This document shows, in pieces, positions 50,342 to 59,886 of a stretch of 64,000 nucleotides of DNA. The translations under genes were made by a program, and so were the position numbers. The stretch comes from an uncultured Gammaproteobacteria bacterium. Its GTDB lineage: Bacteria > Patescibacteriota > Patescibacteriia > UBA10025 > JAHIVO01. Where the stretch lies: contig CAZQBL010000025.1 in NCBI GenBank assembly GCA_964592105.1, forward strand, positions 58 through 64,057, in the 5' to 3' direction. The notes under the pieces are model-generated. The model was not told the DNA's origin. It saw nothing but the letters and a program-made list of their open reading frames with translations, and searched no databases. The stretch's first letter is position 1; every line of letters begins with the position of its first letter.

Positions 50342-50370
50342 ATTGGAAAATTAACTAATCAATTACCTTA

Positions 50371-51474
50371 TTATTGTTTTATGGGCATTATTATATAAAT
50401 ATAATTTCCATTTTTTTCCGGCCGTAATAATCCAGGGTTTACATTGCTGGTCATTTCCAAAACACATTGTTCACTGCTAATATTCTGAAGACCATCCAAA
50501 AGAAAACGGTAGTTCAGAACAATATTGTTCTCCTCTCCTACAATGTCTGCCGTCTGTCTGACTTCGCTCTCGCCGATCTGAGCATTGGTAGCAAAAACAA
50601 TTATCTCGCCCGTTTTTTTATCAAACTTCAAAGTAATATCATTGCCTCCCTGTTTACAAAAAAGGCTGGCCTGTTTTATGGTGTTAATAAACTCAGACGT
50701 GTTGACGATGACGCGCGTACGATGTTCGCTTGGTATGATCTGCTTATAATCAGGGTATTGCCCTTCAATTAATCTGGAAGTTAGCCTGGTCTCTCCCAGA
50801 GAAAACAAAACTTGGTTTTCGTTGCAAGAAATGACCGCCACTTCATTGGCCTCGTTCAAAACCCGAATAAGCTCTTGAATTGTTCTGAGAGGGACAATTA
50901 TCTGTTGGTTTTTTACAGCTGGTTTTTCCAGTTTTACTACTTTTTCAGCCAAACGATAGCTATCTGTGGCCGCCAAAGTAAGTTGTTCGTTATTAAAATC
51001 CATATATACTCCGCTAATCTCCGGCCTGGTCTCATCTAAGGCCACGGTAAAAACTACAGACGATAGGGCATCTTTCAGCGTCTTGGCTTTAATTTCAAAT
51101 TTTTCGGCGGCCTCAACATCGGGGATAATGGGGAATTCAGAAGCAGGGGCACCTTTCATAATTGTTTTGGATTTACTGCACGAAATTTTAAAATCTTGTC
51201 CAGAAACCTCCATGGTTATGTTTTGTTTGGGGAGCAGATTTATAAAATCGCTAAAGGTTTTAGCCTGAACAGTGTAGCTTCCTTCGGCTTCAATTTTGCC
51301 ACGTACTTGAGAAACTATACCGATTTCTAAATTGGTTGTAGCCAATTTTAGCATCCCCTTTTCCGCGGTTAATAAAACATTATTCAGAATTGGCAGAGAA
51401 ATGTTTTTGCTGGCAATGTGACTAACCATCTGAAGGCCACGTGATAAATTTTCTTGCGTACAAATAATTTTCAT
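50371..51474 (-). CDS. dnaN: DNA polymerase III beta sliding clamp
   Basis: LPILNNVLL, ATNLE, ATDSYRL, LIEGQYPDY, IIMPI. Confidence 0.97.
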   Translation of the reverse strand: MKIICTQENLSRGLQMVSHIASKNISLPILNNVLLTAEKGMLKLATTNLEIGIVSQVRGKIEAEGSYTVQAKTFSDFINLLPKQNITMEVSGQDFKISCSKSKTIMKGAPASEFPIIPDVEAAEKFEIKAKTLKDALSSVVFTVALDETRPEISGVYMDFNNEQLTLAATDSYRLAEKVVKLEKPAVKNQQIIVPLRTIQELIRVLNEANEVAVISCNENQVLFSLGETRLTSRLIEGQYPDYKQIIPSEHRTRVIVNTSEFINTIKQASLFCKQGGNDITLKFDKKTGEIIVFATNAQIGESEVRQTADIVGEENNIVLNYRFLLDGLQNISSEQCVLEMTSNVNPGLLRPEKNGNYIYIIMPIKQ

Positions 51475-51795
51475 ATTTTTTTAATTTATATATAATATTA
51501 AGTTAAAGAATAAATATATAAGGAGGGTGGAAAAGTGGATAGATTTAAGAAAGTAGCTTTTTAGTTTGTTTTTAAAAATATTTTCTGGTGGACGTTTAAT
51601 TTTTTGATGTGAATATGTTCTTGGTTGATTGTGTCTGGTTTGGGCGTAACTTTCTAATCGGTGAACTAGGGTTATTTGATATGGTTTTTTTGTTCAGATC
51701 AACCAACAAGTTGTCAACAAAATAATTGTATTCGCTACACCAGTGCTCCACAGATTGATACGGCTTGCCCACAGGATATTAACAGCCCATAAGCC
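51475..51795. other. oriC: Probable replication origin (oriC)
   Basis: dnaA-dnaN intergenic; AT-rich tract 51475-51520 next to degenerate DnaA boxes (ggtggaaaa, agtggatag, tgtgaatat, ttgtcaaca, tgctccaca, ttgcccaca); apparent strand-composition switch. Confidence 0.7.
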
Positions 51796-53172
51796 TTATT
51801 TATTGTAAAGCCTCTGGCGGATTAAGTTGATGTCCTGTCTGATTTTTTCGTCTTCATCGGCAAGGCGTTTAATTTTTTCGTAGGCGTGCATGGCCGTGGT
51901 GTGGTCTCGATTGCCAAGCTCATGGCCGATAGTAGGGTAAGAGCACTTTCCCTCCTCACGCATTAAATACATGGTTATTTGGCGAGGGATCACTAATTCT
52001 TTTTTTCGACTGTTGCCCAGCAGATCGTCAATTTTTATCTCAAAAAACGAAGCCACTTGTCCAATTATTTGTTTGACGGTTATGGCCCCGCCTCTTTTTT
52101 GGAAAGGGGAAACGCTGGTGAGTATGCTTTTTACGGAGTTAACATCAGGAGAAGTATTGTTGAGGTGGTGGAAGGCGATAATGCGATTAAGGGCTCCTTC
52201 AAGTTCACGGACGTTGCTTTGAATGGTGGTGGCCACCAAATTGATGACTTCCGTGGACAGGGGGTAGTTTTTTTCGGCACATTTTGCATTTAAGATAGCC
52301 ACTCTGGTTTCGAAGTCGGGTTGGGCGATATCGGCAAGCATTCCCCACTCAAAACGGGAAACAAGGCGGTTTTCTAGGGCGGGGATAGCCTTGGGAGGCC
52401 TATCGGAACTTATAACAATTTGTTTGTTGTGTTGGTGTAGGGCGTTGAAGGTGTGAAAAAATTCTTCCTGAGTTCCCTCTTTTCCAGCCAAAAATTGAAT
52501 GTCGTCAATCAGAAGGACGTCGGCGGTGCGGTAGGCGTCTTTGAACCTTTCTGCGTCGCCCTGGCTGATCGAACGGATGAATTCATTGGTGAATTTTTCG
52601 CAGGTAACATAAATTACTTTTTTTGAGGGGAATAGTTTGTGGACTTCTTGCCCGATGGCTTGCATGAGGTGGGTTTTTCCCAAACCAGCGCCGCCGTACA
52701 GAAATAGAGGATTGTAAACTTCGCCTGGTTTCTGGGCTACGGCCAAACAGGCGGCGTGAGCCAATTCATTACCTTTGCCGACGATGAATGTTTCAAAAGT
52801 ATAGCGGTTATTCAGACCGAAACCGTTTTTTTCGTTTTTCACAGTTGAGTTTTTGTTGTCGTGTTCCAAGACGACGCCCTCCTTCCCCCTCTCCTTCGGC
52901 GCTGAAATAGGCATCGTTTTGTGTAAGGATTCAACCTTGTAATTAACGACCGCAATTTGATTGTTGGATACGTTCTGAAGCGCCCTAAGAATTTCTTTGT
53001 GGTATTTGTTTTCCAGCCACGTTTTTGTAAAGGCATTGGGCACGCCAATAGTGACTTGGTTTTTTTCGTGTTGGGCGATAAAAGTATTTTTGAACCAAGT
53101 AGTAAAATTAGCCTTGCTGATAGACAGCTCAAGCTCACCTAGGGCCGCCTGCCATAATTGGGTGTTGTCCAT
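51796..53172 (-). CDS. dnaA: Chromosomal replication initiator DnaA
   Basis: YNPLFLYGGAGLGKTHL, LLIDDIQF, NVRELEGAL, RDHTT. Confidence 0.98.
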   Translation of the reverse strand: MDNTQLWQAALGELELSISKANFTTWFKNTFIAQHEKNQVTIGVPNAFTKTWLENKYHKEILRALQNVSNNQIAVVNYKVESLHKTMPISAPKERGKEGVVLEHDNKNSTVKNEKNGFGLNNRYTFETFIVGKGNELAHAACLAVAQKPGEVYNPLFLYGGAGLGKTHLMQAIGQEVHKLFPSKKVIYVTCEKFTNEFIRSISQGDAERFKDAYRTADVLLIDDIQFLAGKEGTQEEFFHTFNALHQHNKQIVISSDRPPKAIPALENRLVSRFEWGMLADIAQPDFETRVAILNAKCAEKNYPLSTEVINLVATTIQSNVRELEGALNRIIAFHHLNNTSPDVNSVKSILTSVSPFQKRGGAITVKQIIGQVASFFEIKIDDLLGNSRKKELVIPRQITMYLMREEGKCSYPTIGHELGNRDHTTAMHAYEKIKRLADEDEKIRQDINLIRQRLYNK

Positions 53173-53262
53173 AGGTTCTAAGTGGGACAGGGTTTGTAAA
53201 TTAAGGTACTTATCATCTTATCACAAAGAGAGTATTTAAAAAATGTTAATCTGTTGATCGTT

Positions 53263-53271
53263 TGTGCATAA
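53263..53271 (-). promoter_or_regulatory. Consensus DnaA box upstream of dnaA
   Basis: TTATGCACA on the minus strand fits TTWTNCACA; degenerate boxes nearby. Confidence 0.6.
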
Positions 53272-53349
53272 ACTGTTAATAGTTTTATAAAATGGTAATA
53301 TTTTAACGTCACGACTTATCCAAGACAGAGTCATTTAATACGAAAAGAA

Positions 53350-53378
53350 TTGACTAATAAGCGCCAAACAGATATACT
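53350..53378 (+). promoter_or_regulatory. sigma70 promoter for the rpmH operon
   Basis: TTGACT-17 nt-TATACT. Confidence 0.65.
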
Positions 53379-53427
53379 GAACTAGCTTTTAATAGTAGGA
53401 ATTTGAGCGATTTTTAAAATAAACAAT

Positions 53428-53565
53428 ATGCCCAAGAGGACGTACCAACCAAAAAAAAGACAGCGCGGCAAGGAACATGGCTTCCGGAAAAGAATGAGAA
53501 CAAAGAGTGGGCGAAAGGTTTTGTCGCGTCGCCGAAAGAAGGGCCGCTATATTTTGAGTTATTAA
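53428..53565 (+). CDS. rpmH: 50S ribosomal protein L34
   Basis: [40 protein letters not shown] (too short for the ORF track). Confidence 0.97.
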   Translation: MPKRTYQPKKRQRGKEHGFRKRMRTKSGRKVLSRRRKKGRYILSY

Positions 53566-53581
53566 TCGCGGCCGCCCATCA

Positions 53582-53923
53582 ATGTTGAAAAAAAGTGCTA
53601 GAATAATTAAGACAAAAGATTGGCAAATACTGCACAAACAAGGCCGTACGGTATTTGGCCAGGGAATTGCTTTAAAAATACTAAAAAATGAGTCTGGTAT
53701 TTCCCGATTTGGTGTGGTGGCTGGAACAAAGGTTAGTAAAAGAGCCACGATCCGTAATCGTCTTAAGAGGCAAATTAGAGCTATAATTAGGCAAAATTAC
53801 AACAAGATAAGAAATGGCTATGATATGATTATTATTATCAGACCGGAATTAGCCACGAAAACATTTGCCGAAATTAAAAATGTTCTGGAAGAATCTTTTA
53901 AAAAGGCCGGACTAATTTCATGA
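53582..53923 (+). CDS. rnpA: RNase P protein component
   Basis: [26 protein letters not shown] (RNR motif); synteny. Confidence 0.93.
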   Translation: MLKKSARIIKTKDWQILHKQGRTVFGQGIALKILKNESGISRFGVVAGTKVSKRATIRNRLKRQIRAIIRQNYNKIRNGYDMIIIIRPELATKTFAEIKNVLEESFKKAGLIS

Positions 53924-54189
53924 TAGGCTTCTGGCAACAAATAAACCTTTTTTTTAAATGCTATATTTTGTGGCTTATTAAACTGTACCAGAAGATTCTG
54001 TCCTTTGATCACGGACTTTTGTCCTACCTTTATCCACATGGTTTCTGTCGCTTTCGTCCCACTTGTTCTGAATATGTTTACCAGGCCATAGAGCGTCATG
54101 GTGTGATCAAAGGCGGTTGGCTGGGCTTTAAAAGAGTTCTAAGGTGTAATCCTTTTAATAAGGGAGGCGAAGATCCGGTGCCCAAGTAA
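53920..54189 (+). CDS. yidD: Membrane protein insertion efficiency factor
   Basis: [10 protein letters not shown]...[14 protein letters not shown]. Confidence 0.93.
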   Translation: MIGFWQQINLFFKCYILWLIKLYQKILSFDHGLLSYLYPHGFCRFRPTCSEYVYQAIERHGVIKGGWLGFKRVLRCNPFNKGGEDPVPK

Positions 54190-54202
54190 GAATAAGAAAT
54201 TT

Positions 54203-54970
54203 ATGGGAAACATATTTAACCTAATATTATTTGAGCCAATATTTAATGCTGTTGTTTTTATTTATAAATATATTCCCGACCTCGGTGTGGCCATTGTTAT
54301 TCTAACTCTGATTATTAGGGGCCTTCTCTATCTTCCCTCCCGGTCGTCCATTCGCTCACAGAAATCTTTGCAACAGACCCAGCCTAAATTGAAAGCCATC
54401 CAGGAAAAATACAAAAATAATAAAGAAGAGTTGGGGCGTCAGCTTATGAAATTTTATAAAGAAAACAAAATAAACCCCTTTTCCTCGTGCTTACCTTTGC
54501 TTATCCAGCTGCCTATTCTCATCGCCCTTTATCAGGCATTTTTAGCCGTATCACAAACGGATCCGACCACACATATATTGCTGGCAAAACAGCTTCAGCA
54601 TCTGTATGAACCCCTTAGGGATTTTTTCGCTAATACCCCTATAAATCCTATATCCTTGGGCTTTATCAATTTATCGGCCAATAAAAATTTTATATTGGCC
54701 CTGCTGGCTGGAGCGGCACAATTTTGGCAGTCAAAAATGCTTTTGGCCAAGCAACCGCCTAAAGTCGCTGGCGCCAAAGACGAAAGCATAACCGCCGGTA
54801 TGAATAAACAAATGACTTATATGATGCCTATTATTACGATTATCTTTGGCTTACAGTTTCCGGCCGGCTTGACTTTGTACTGGTTGTTCTCTACCCTTTT
54901 CACCGTGGCTCAGCAGTATTATATTTTTAAGAAAGACGATAAAAAAATAGAGGAGAAGCCCGCCGCATGA
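54203..54970 (+). CDS. yidC: Membrane protein insertase YidC (short form)
   Basis: AIVILTLIIR, QPKLKAIQEKYK, CLPLLIQLPI, PAGLTLYW. Confidence 0.93.
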   Translation: MGNIFNLILFEPIFNAVVFIYKYIPDLGVAIVILTLIIRGLLYLPSRSSIRSQKSLQQTQPKLKAIQEKYKNNKEELGRQLMKFYKENKINPFSSCLPLLIQLPILIALYQAFLAVSQTDPTTHILLAKQLQHLYEPLRDFFANTPINPISLGFINLSANKNFILALLAGAAQFWQSKMLLAKQPPKVAGAKDESITAGMNKQMTYMMPIITIIFGLQFPAGLTLYWLFSTLFTVAQQYYIFKKDDKKIEEKPAA

Positions 54971-55251
54971 TTTTAAAAAATAATGACCTAATAAATCTGC
55001 CGGTTTACACCAGATCCAATCAGCATCTCGGACGAGTTGCTGGTTTTGAAATAGACCAACAAACACAGCAGATTGTTAGATATGAGGTAAAAAGCGGCGG
55101 GATAATTAGCGATTTATTGAGTAAAAAACTGTTGGTTTCCCGGGAACAGGTCGTGTCTATCAACTCGGAGAAGATGGTGGTCGAGGACACCGCAGTACCG
55201 TATGCGGAACAAAAAAGAGAAACCGCCAAAAACGCTGCTGTAATTGGGTAG
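54967..55251 (+). CDS. PRC-barrel domain protein
   Basis: LINLPVYT...LGRVAGFEID. Confidence 0.75.
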   Translation: MILKNNDLINLPVYTRSNQHLGRVAGFEIDQQTQQIVRYEVKSGGIISDLLSKKLLVSREQVVSINSEKMVVEDTAVPYAEQKRETAKNAAVIG

Positions 55252-55264
55252 GACTAATGAAAAA

Positions 55265-55720
55265 TTACCGGTTCGTTTTTAATGACGGCGTTTTTTTGTT
55301 GACGGTTATAAGTCGAGAACAACGACCCAAGACCGAAAAGTTGATTATTGTCCGGTGATAAGAGGACAGAAGATTTTGGATTTTGTTTGCCCACTCGATG
55401 ATAACCACAGAGTCTGGCCGGCCCAAAAAATCGTATAAACCAATGTTTCTAATCTCGCTCGGCTTTTTCAGACGGTAAAGATCGATATGACAGAAGTATT
55501 TTATGCCTGCATGATGGACGCGGTAAACTTTCATTAAAATAAAGGTTGGGCTGGTTATTAGTTCTTTGATGCCAAAGCCCCGGGCCAGGCCTTTGGTTAA
55601 GACTGTTTTGCCTCCGCCTAAATCGCCAATTAGGGCGAAAACACAGCCCCTTTTGGTTTTTTTGGCAAGTCTTAGCCCAAAATCTATAGTTTTGTGCGGT
55701 GAGCGCGAGAGATATTTCAT
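55265..55720 (-). CDS. tsaE: tRNA t6A biosynthesis ATPase TsaE
   Basis: GDLGGGKT, ITSPTF, HIDLYRL, IIEWA. Confidence 0.93.
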   Translation of the reverse strand: MKYLSRSPHKTIDFGLRLAKKTKRGCVFALIGDLGGGKTVLTKGLARGFGIKELITSPTFILMKVYRVHHAGIKYFCHIDLYRLKKPSEIRNIGLYDFLGRPDSVVIIEWANKIQNLLSSYHRTIINFSVLGRCSRLITVNKKTPSLKTNR

Positions 55721-55760
55721 ATTGTGAATTTTAGGGTATCTACGGCCGTTTTGCCAAATC

Positions 55761-55789
55761 TTGACAGGTAAATCAGCTTAAAGTATACT
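55761..55789 (+). promoter_or_regulatory. sigma70 promoter for the DHH-like gene
   Basis: TTGACA-17 nt-TATACT. Confidence 0.65.
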
Positions 55790-55836
55790 AATTTATTCAA
55801 CTTAATAAAAAAGATTATTTATTGCAGTTTTTAGAT

Positions 55837-56982
55837 ATGGAGCATTCGCCGACCCAACAAGCAATTGATTTAATAGAAAAGAGCGCCAACATTGTTATAG
55901 CCTTAGCGAAAAATCCAACCACCGATGCGATTGCTTCTGGTTTGGGTTTGTTTTTGGCTCTGGAAAAAATTAAGAAGAAAGTTAAGCTGGTTTGTCATGA
56001 TTTCAATCTGCCGCCCACCCACCAGTTTCTTCCCAAAAGTTCGGAGATACACAATGATCTGACGGCCTTAAGGAAGTTTATCATCAGCCTGGATTTATCG
56101 AGGACGAAGGTCCAGGAATTAAGTTACGATATAGCAGACAACAAACTTAATATTTTTATTACGCCCAAGAATGGATTTTTTGAGCCCCGAGACGTTACCA
56201 CTTCGGCTTCGTCCTATGATTACGATTTAATTATTGTGGTCGATTCGCAAGATTTGGAAGCACTGGGCAAGGTTTATGATGATAATACGGAATTTTTTTA
56301 TCACACGCCCATAGTAAATATCGACCATAACCCGGCTAATGAGTATTTTGGGCAAATAAATATAATTGATTTGGTGGCCACCTCAACCTCGGAAATAGTT
56401 TTTGGGCTGATTAAGGGTTTCAAGGAGCATCTCATGGACGAATATATTGCCACCAGTCTTTTGACCGGCATTATTTCCAAAACCAAGAGTTTTCAAAGCA
56501 GTTCTGTTACGCCGCGCTCACTGGCCATCAGCAGTCATCTTATCGAAAACGGTGCCCGTCGAGATGAGATAATCCAAAATCTCTACCGGACCAAGACGAT
56601 AAACACCTTGAAACTTTGGGGTCGGGCCTTGGCCCGTTTGAAAACCGAGATGGACGGCAAAGTTGTTTGGTCGCTCCTGAACCGACAGGATTTTTTCAAG
56701 TCAGGTGCCGGCGAGAATGATTTAACAGGCGTGATCGATGAATTGATAATAAATACGCCAAATGCCGAGGTGGTTATAATTCTTTATGAAGCTTCGGAAA
56801 AGGACATCGGGGTGATCGTTAGCAGTGTCCAGGCCGTTGATGGCTTGGAGTTGTTTAAGGAGTTTGCGCCCGACGGGACACGAAATTTTTCTAAATTCAA
56901 ACTTGAGGGTAAGAATATAATCGAGGCCGAGACCCAAGTTTTGAACGTTGTCCGGCGGTATTATCAGAATTTGAAAAAATAA
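55837..56982 (+). CDS. DHH/NrnA-like phosphoesterase family protein with degenerate motifs
   Basis: KNPTTDAIAS, IIVVDS, NIDHNPAN, LLTGIISKTKSF. Confidence 0.75.
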   Translation: MEHSPTQQAIDLIEKSANIVIALAKNPTTDAIASGLGLFLALEKIKKKVKLVCHDFNLPPTHQFLPKSSEIHNDLTALRKFIISLDLSRTKVQELSYDIADNKLNIFITPKNGFFEPRDVTTSASSYDYDLIIVVDSQDLEALGKVYDDNTEFFYHTPIVNIDHNPANEYFGQINIIDLVATSTSEIVFGLIKGFKEHLMDEYIATSLLTGIISKTKSFQSSSVTPRSLAISSHLIENGARRDEIIQNLYRTKTINTLKLWGRALARLKTEMDGKVVWSLLNRQDFFKSGAGENDLTGVIDELIINTPNAEVVIILYEASEKDIGVIVSSVQAVDGLELFKEFAPDGTRNFSKFKLEGKNIIEAETQVLNVVRRYYQNLKK

Positions 56983-57120
56983 AAAACAGTCAGCCAACCG
57001 ATGCCCGGCACCGGAAATTACCGGCCGAATTCATTTTTTATTGTTTTGAAATGGTTGATAAATAAAAATGCCACTTATAAAAATTCCACTTAATAAAGAA
57101 AATCTGCTATACTTTTAAGC

Positions 57121-58926
57121 ATGAGTAGCGATATTGTTAGTAAAAACGACAGAAATATAAGCGATTTGGTCAAGCTTTCGCATGGAGTTTCTGGTAAGAC
57201 GGCGGTGAGCTCGGACGAGGTTGAGGAGAAGCTGAAAGAGAAGATTAAACAGCTTGATGATCAGAAGAAAGAAGAATTAACTAGAGAAATGGCCGATAAA
57301 TCTGGCTATCCTTATATTTCTCTTAAGGGTTTCCCGGTGGCGCCAGAGGCCATGAGCGTTATTAGCGAGGAAGAGGCTAAGCGTTTAAGAGTCGTCTGTT
57401 TTTTTAAGACAGATGCCGAAATACGTCTGGGGGCTGTTGAGCCGGGTCGCAGCGAAGTGGCAGCGCTACTGGATAAATTAGCAGATGAGTATCGGGTGCA
57501 CGGGCAAATTTACATGATTTCCGATACCAGCTTCGAGGCGGCCATAAAGCTATATGCCAAAATTCCCAAACCGCGAAAAGTGGTGAGTGGCATTGAAATA
57601 ACCGAAGCTGATTTGAATCGTTTGCGGGGCGAAATAGATACTTTCCGCGATTTGAACGACAAACTGCAACGTGTTTCCATGACTGACATGTTTTCCTTAA
57701 TCATGGTCGGTGCTATCAAGGCCAATGCTTCTGATGTGCACATTGAAGCCGAGCAAGAAGATGTTAAGGTGCGTTTCCGTATTGATGGTGTGTTGTACGA
57801 TGTGGCTAACGTGCCAAAGAAGTTATGGCCACAGATAATAAACCGCGCCAAGCTGATCGCCAAATTAAAAATTAATATTATTGATGCTCCGCAGGATGGA
57901 CGCTTCACCATTTATTTGACTAATGAATTCATAGATGTTCGAGTTTCTACAATACCTAGTGCTTATGGGGAAAGCATCGTCATGCGTCTCTTGATGTCAT
58001 CGGCGGCCGCTTTGACTCTTGATGATTTGGGTCTCGTTGGGCCCCCTTTTGAAATTATGAAAAAAGAGATTGTTCGGCCCAATGGCATGATTTTAACTAC
58101 CGGCCCCACTGGTTCTGGCAAGACCACCACCCTGTACGCTATCCTGAAAAAATTGAATTCGTCCGATAAAAAGATAATTACTCTGGAAAACCCCATCGAA
58201 TACCGTATTAAAGGTATAACCCAAAGCCAAGTGGAGACCTCGGAAGAAGCAGAGGGTGATAAACCGATGCTGCGCAAGATGTTGGCTGGTGCGACCGGCG
58301 GCGCCAACAAACATTATAATTACGCCACCGGCCTGCGCGCGGTTTTACGACAAGATCCGGACATTGTCATGGTCGGTGAAATCAGAGACCATGAAACTGC
58401 GGAAATATCCATCCAAGCCGCTTTGACCGGCCATTTGATGCTGTCCACTCTTCACACCAACAGCGCAGCTGGCGCTATCCCCCGCCTATTATCCATGGAG
58501 GTCAAACCGTTCTTGTTGGCTCCAGCTCTGAACGTGGTTATTGGTCAACGGTTGGTGCGTCGTGTTTGCCCGGACTGCAAAGAAAAATATAGGCCCGAGC
58601 CGGAGGTTGTGGCCCGTATCAAGGAAGTGCTGGAGACCCTGCCTGATGATCAGAAGTCGGCGCTAAACATATCGGACATGTCTTTTGCCAAGGGCCGTGG
58701 TTGTCCGAAATGTAACGGTATTGGTTTTAAAGGCCGGATTGGTATTTTTGAAATACTGACTATGAATGAAGAGATTGAAAAGTTGATATTGACCGGTCAG
58801 GTATCCGAATATCAGATTCAGAAAATCGCCAAAGCCAGAGGTATGCTGACCATGGTTCAGGACGGCATTATTAAGGCAATTCAAGGTATTACATCCCCAG
58901 AGGAGGTGCTAGAGACAACGAATTAA
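57121..58926 (+). CDS. pilB: Type IV pilus/T2SS assembly ATPase (PilB/GspE)
   Basis: ASDVHIE, PQDGR, TGPTGSGKTTT, LRQDPDIVMVGEIRD, TGHL..STLH, CxxC...CxxC. Confidence 0.9.
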   Translation: MSSDIVSKNDRNISDLVKLSHGVSGKTAVSSDEVEEKLKEKIKQLDDQKKEELTREMADKSGYPYISLKGFPVAPEAMSVISEEEAKRLRVVCFFKTDAEIRLGAVEPGRSEVAALLDKLADEYRVHGQIYMISDTSFEAAIKLYAKIPKPRKVVSGIEITEADLNRLRGEIDTFRDLNDKLQRVSMTDMFSLIMVGAIKANASDVHIEAEQEDVKVRFRIDGVLYDVANVPKKLWPQIINRAKLIAKLKINIIDAPQDGRFTIYLTNEFIDVRVSTIPSAYGESIVMRLLMSSAAALTLDDLGLVGPPFEIMKKEIVRPNGMILTTGPTGSGKTTTLYAILKKLNSSDKKIITLENPIEYRIKGITQSQVETSEEAEGDKPMLRKMLAGATGGANKHYNYATGLRAVLRQDPDIVMVGEIRDHETAEISIQAALTGHLMLSTLHTNSAAGAIPRLLSMEVKPFLLAPALNVVIGQRLVRRVCPDCKEKYRPEPEVVARIKEVLETLPDDQKSALNISDMSFAKGRGCPKCNGIGFKGRIGIFEILTMNEEIEKLILTGQVSEYQIQKIAKARGMLTMVQDGIIKAIQGITSPEEVLETTN

Positions 58927-58946
58927 TTATTTAAGGTAAATAATTT

Positions 58947-59417
58947 ATGGCCAGAGAAGCGGGAGCTTTGTCTCCCTGGGAAGTGGCGGAAGAATCCAGA
59001 AATAGCATAGTTTCCTTGGGTCAGGCCGATTTTACGCGTCGGGGCCAAGCTGAATTGGTAGACAAAATGGTTGAAACAAAGAAAAAATTAGAAGAAATGG
59101 CATCAGAGTGGGGCACGCTACTGTCTCTTTTTGGTACAAAGGAAGCTCGGCAGAATTTTATTGATTTGTGTCAGAAATACAAGAACCAAATAGTTTTATA
59201 TAAGGAATCAGCAGTCAAGCAGAATTATGCTGGTGAATACAAAAATACCGTTGAGCATTTTCGAAAGGCGGATTACCATCACGAAATAATGAAGATACTT
59301 AATAAATTAAAGGCGGCCAAGCAATGGCCACCCAAAATTGAACAGTTGCTGACAAATTTACAGGATGGAAAATTGGTTGAAGCCCTGGTTGATGAAGTGT
59401 GTCAGTATAAGCCATAA
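58947..59417 (+). CDS. Hypothetical protein (similar to the convergent neighbour)
   Basis: 156 aa; SD-like AAGG; FIDLCQKY...HHEIMKILNKL. Confidence 0.6.
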   Translation: MAREAGALSPWEVAEESRNSIVSLGQADFTRRGQAELVDKMVETKKKLEEMASEWGTLLSLFGTKEARQNFIDLCQKYKNQIVLYKESAVKQNYAGEYKNTVEHFRKADYHHEIMKILNKLKAAKQWPPKIEQLLTNLQDGKLVEALVDEVCQYKP

Positions 59418-59430
59418 AAAAAGACCGTTT

Positions 59431-59826
59431 TTACAAACGGTCAATATTAGTTATTAGTTTTTTGTTCTTGCCCGGTTTATCGCTGGAGTATTTTTTGTAG
59501 TGGCTCAGAATCATTTCCCTGATAGCTGCCCGGTTTGGCATGGATCCACCGAAGACTTTTTCCGCGCCCGGTTGGAGGAATAATTTAGCTACGATGCTCA
59601 TAATCTGATTGTGCGTCTGACTTCGTTGGCTAGCTGAGATATTTATCTTGCCGGTTATGGCCTCAATATCAATCAAATACCAAAGGCGGTAAGAGTAACA
59701 TAGATTGACGAACTTTCGCACGCGTTCCTTTCGGCCTTCGGTTTTTGGGAACAACTTTATCAAAGGCACAAGAGTTTTGGTGCACGTCTGTTTTTTCATG
59801 CTTCCCCTACCTTTTTTAATGAACAA
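59431..59826 (-). CDS. Hypothetical protein (similar to the convergent neighbour); start may be ATG 59799
   Basis: FVNLCYSY...HNQIMSIVAKL; AGGGGA SD before MKKQ. Confidence 0.55.
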   Translation of the reverse strand: MFIKKGRGSMKKQTCTKTLVPLIKLFPKTEGRKERVRKFVNLCYSYRLWYLIDIEAITGKINISASQRSQTHNQIMSIVAKLFLQPGAEKVFGGSMPNRAAIREMILSHYKKYSSDKPGKNKKLITNIDRL

Positions 59827-59886
59827 TATTCCAAAAATAACCGTGACGAGATATTAACACGTTGGTTGTAATTAGTCAAGTTTTTT

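Noticed and set aside
57071-57097. ccactta direct repeat upstream of the pilB -10 box
   Set aside because: Only 7 bp x2 in AT-rich DNA; could be an operator but is unsupported
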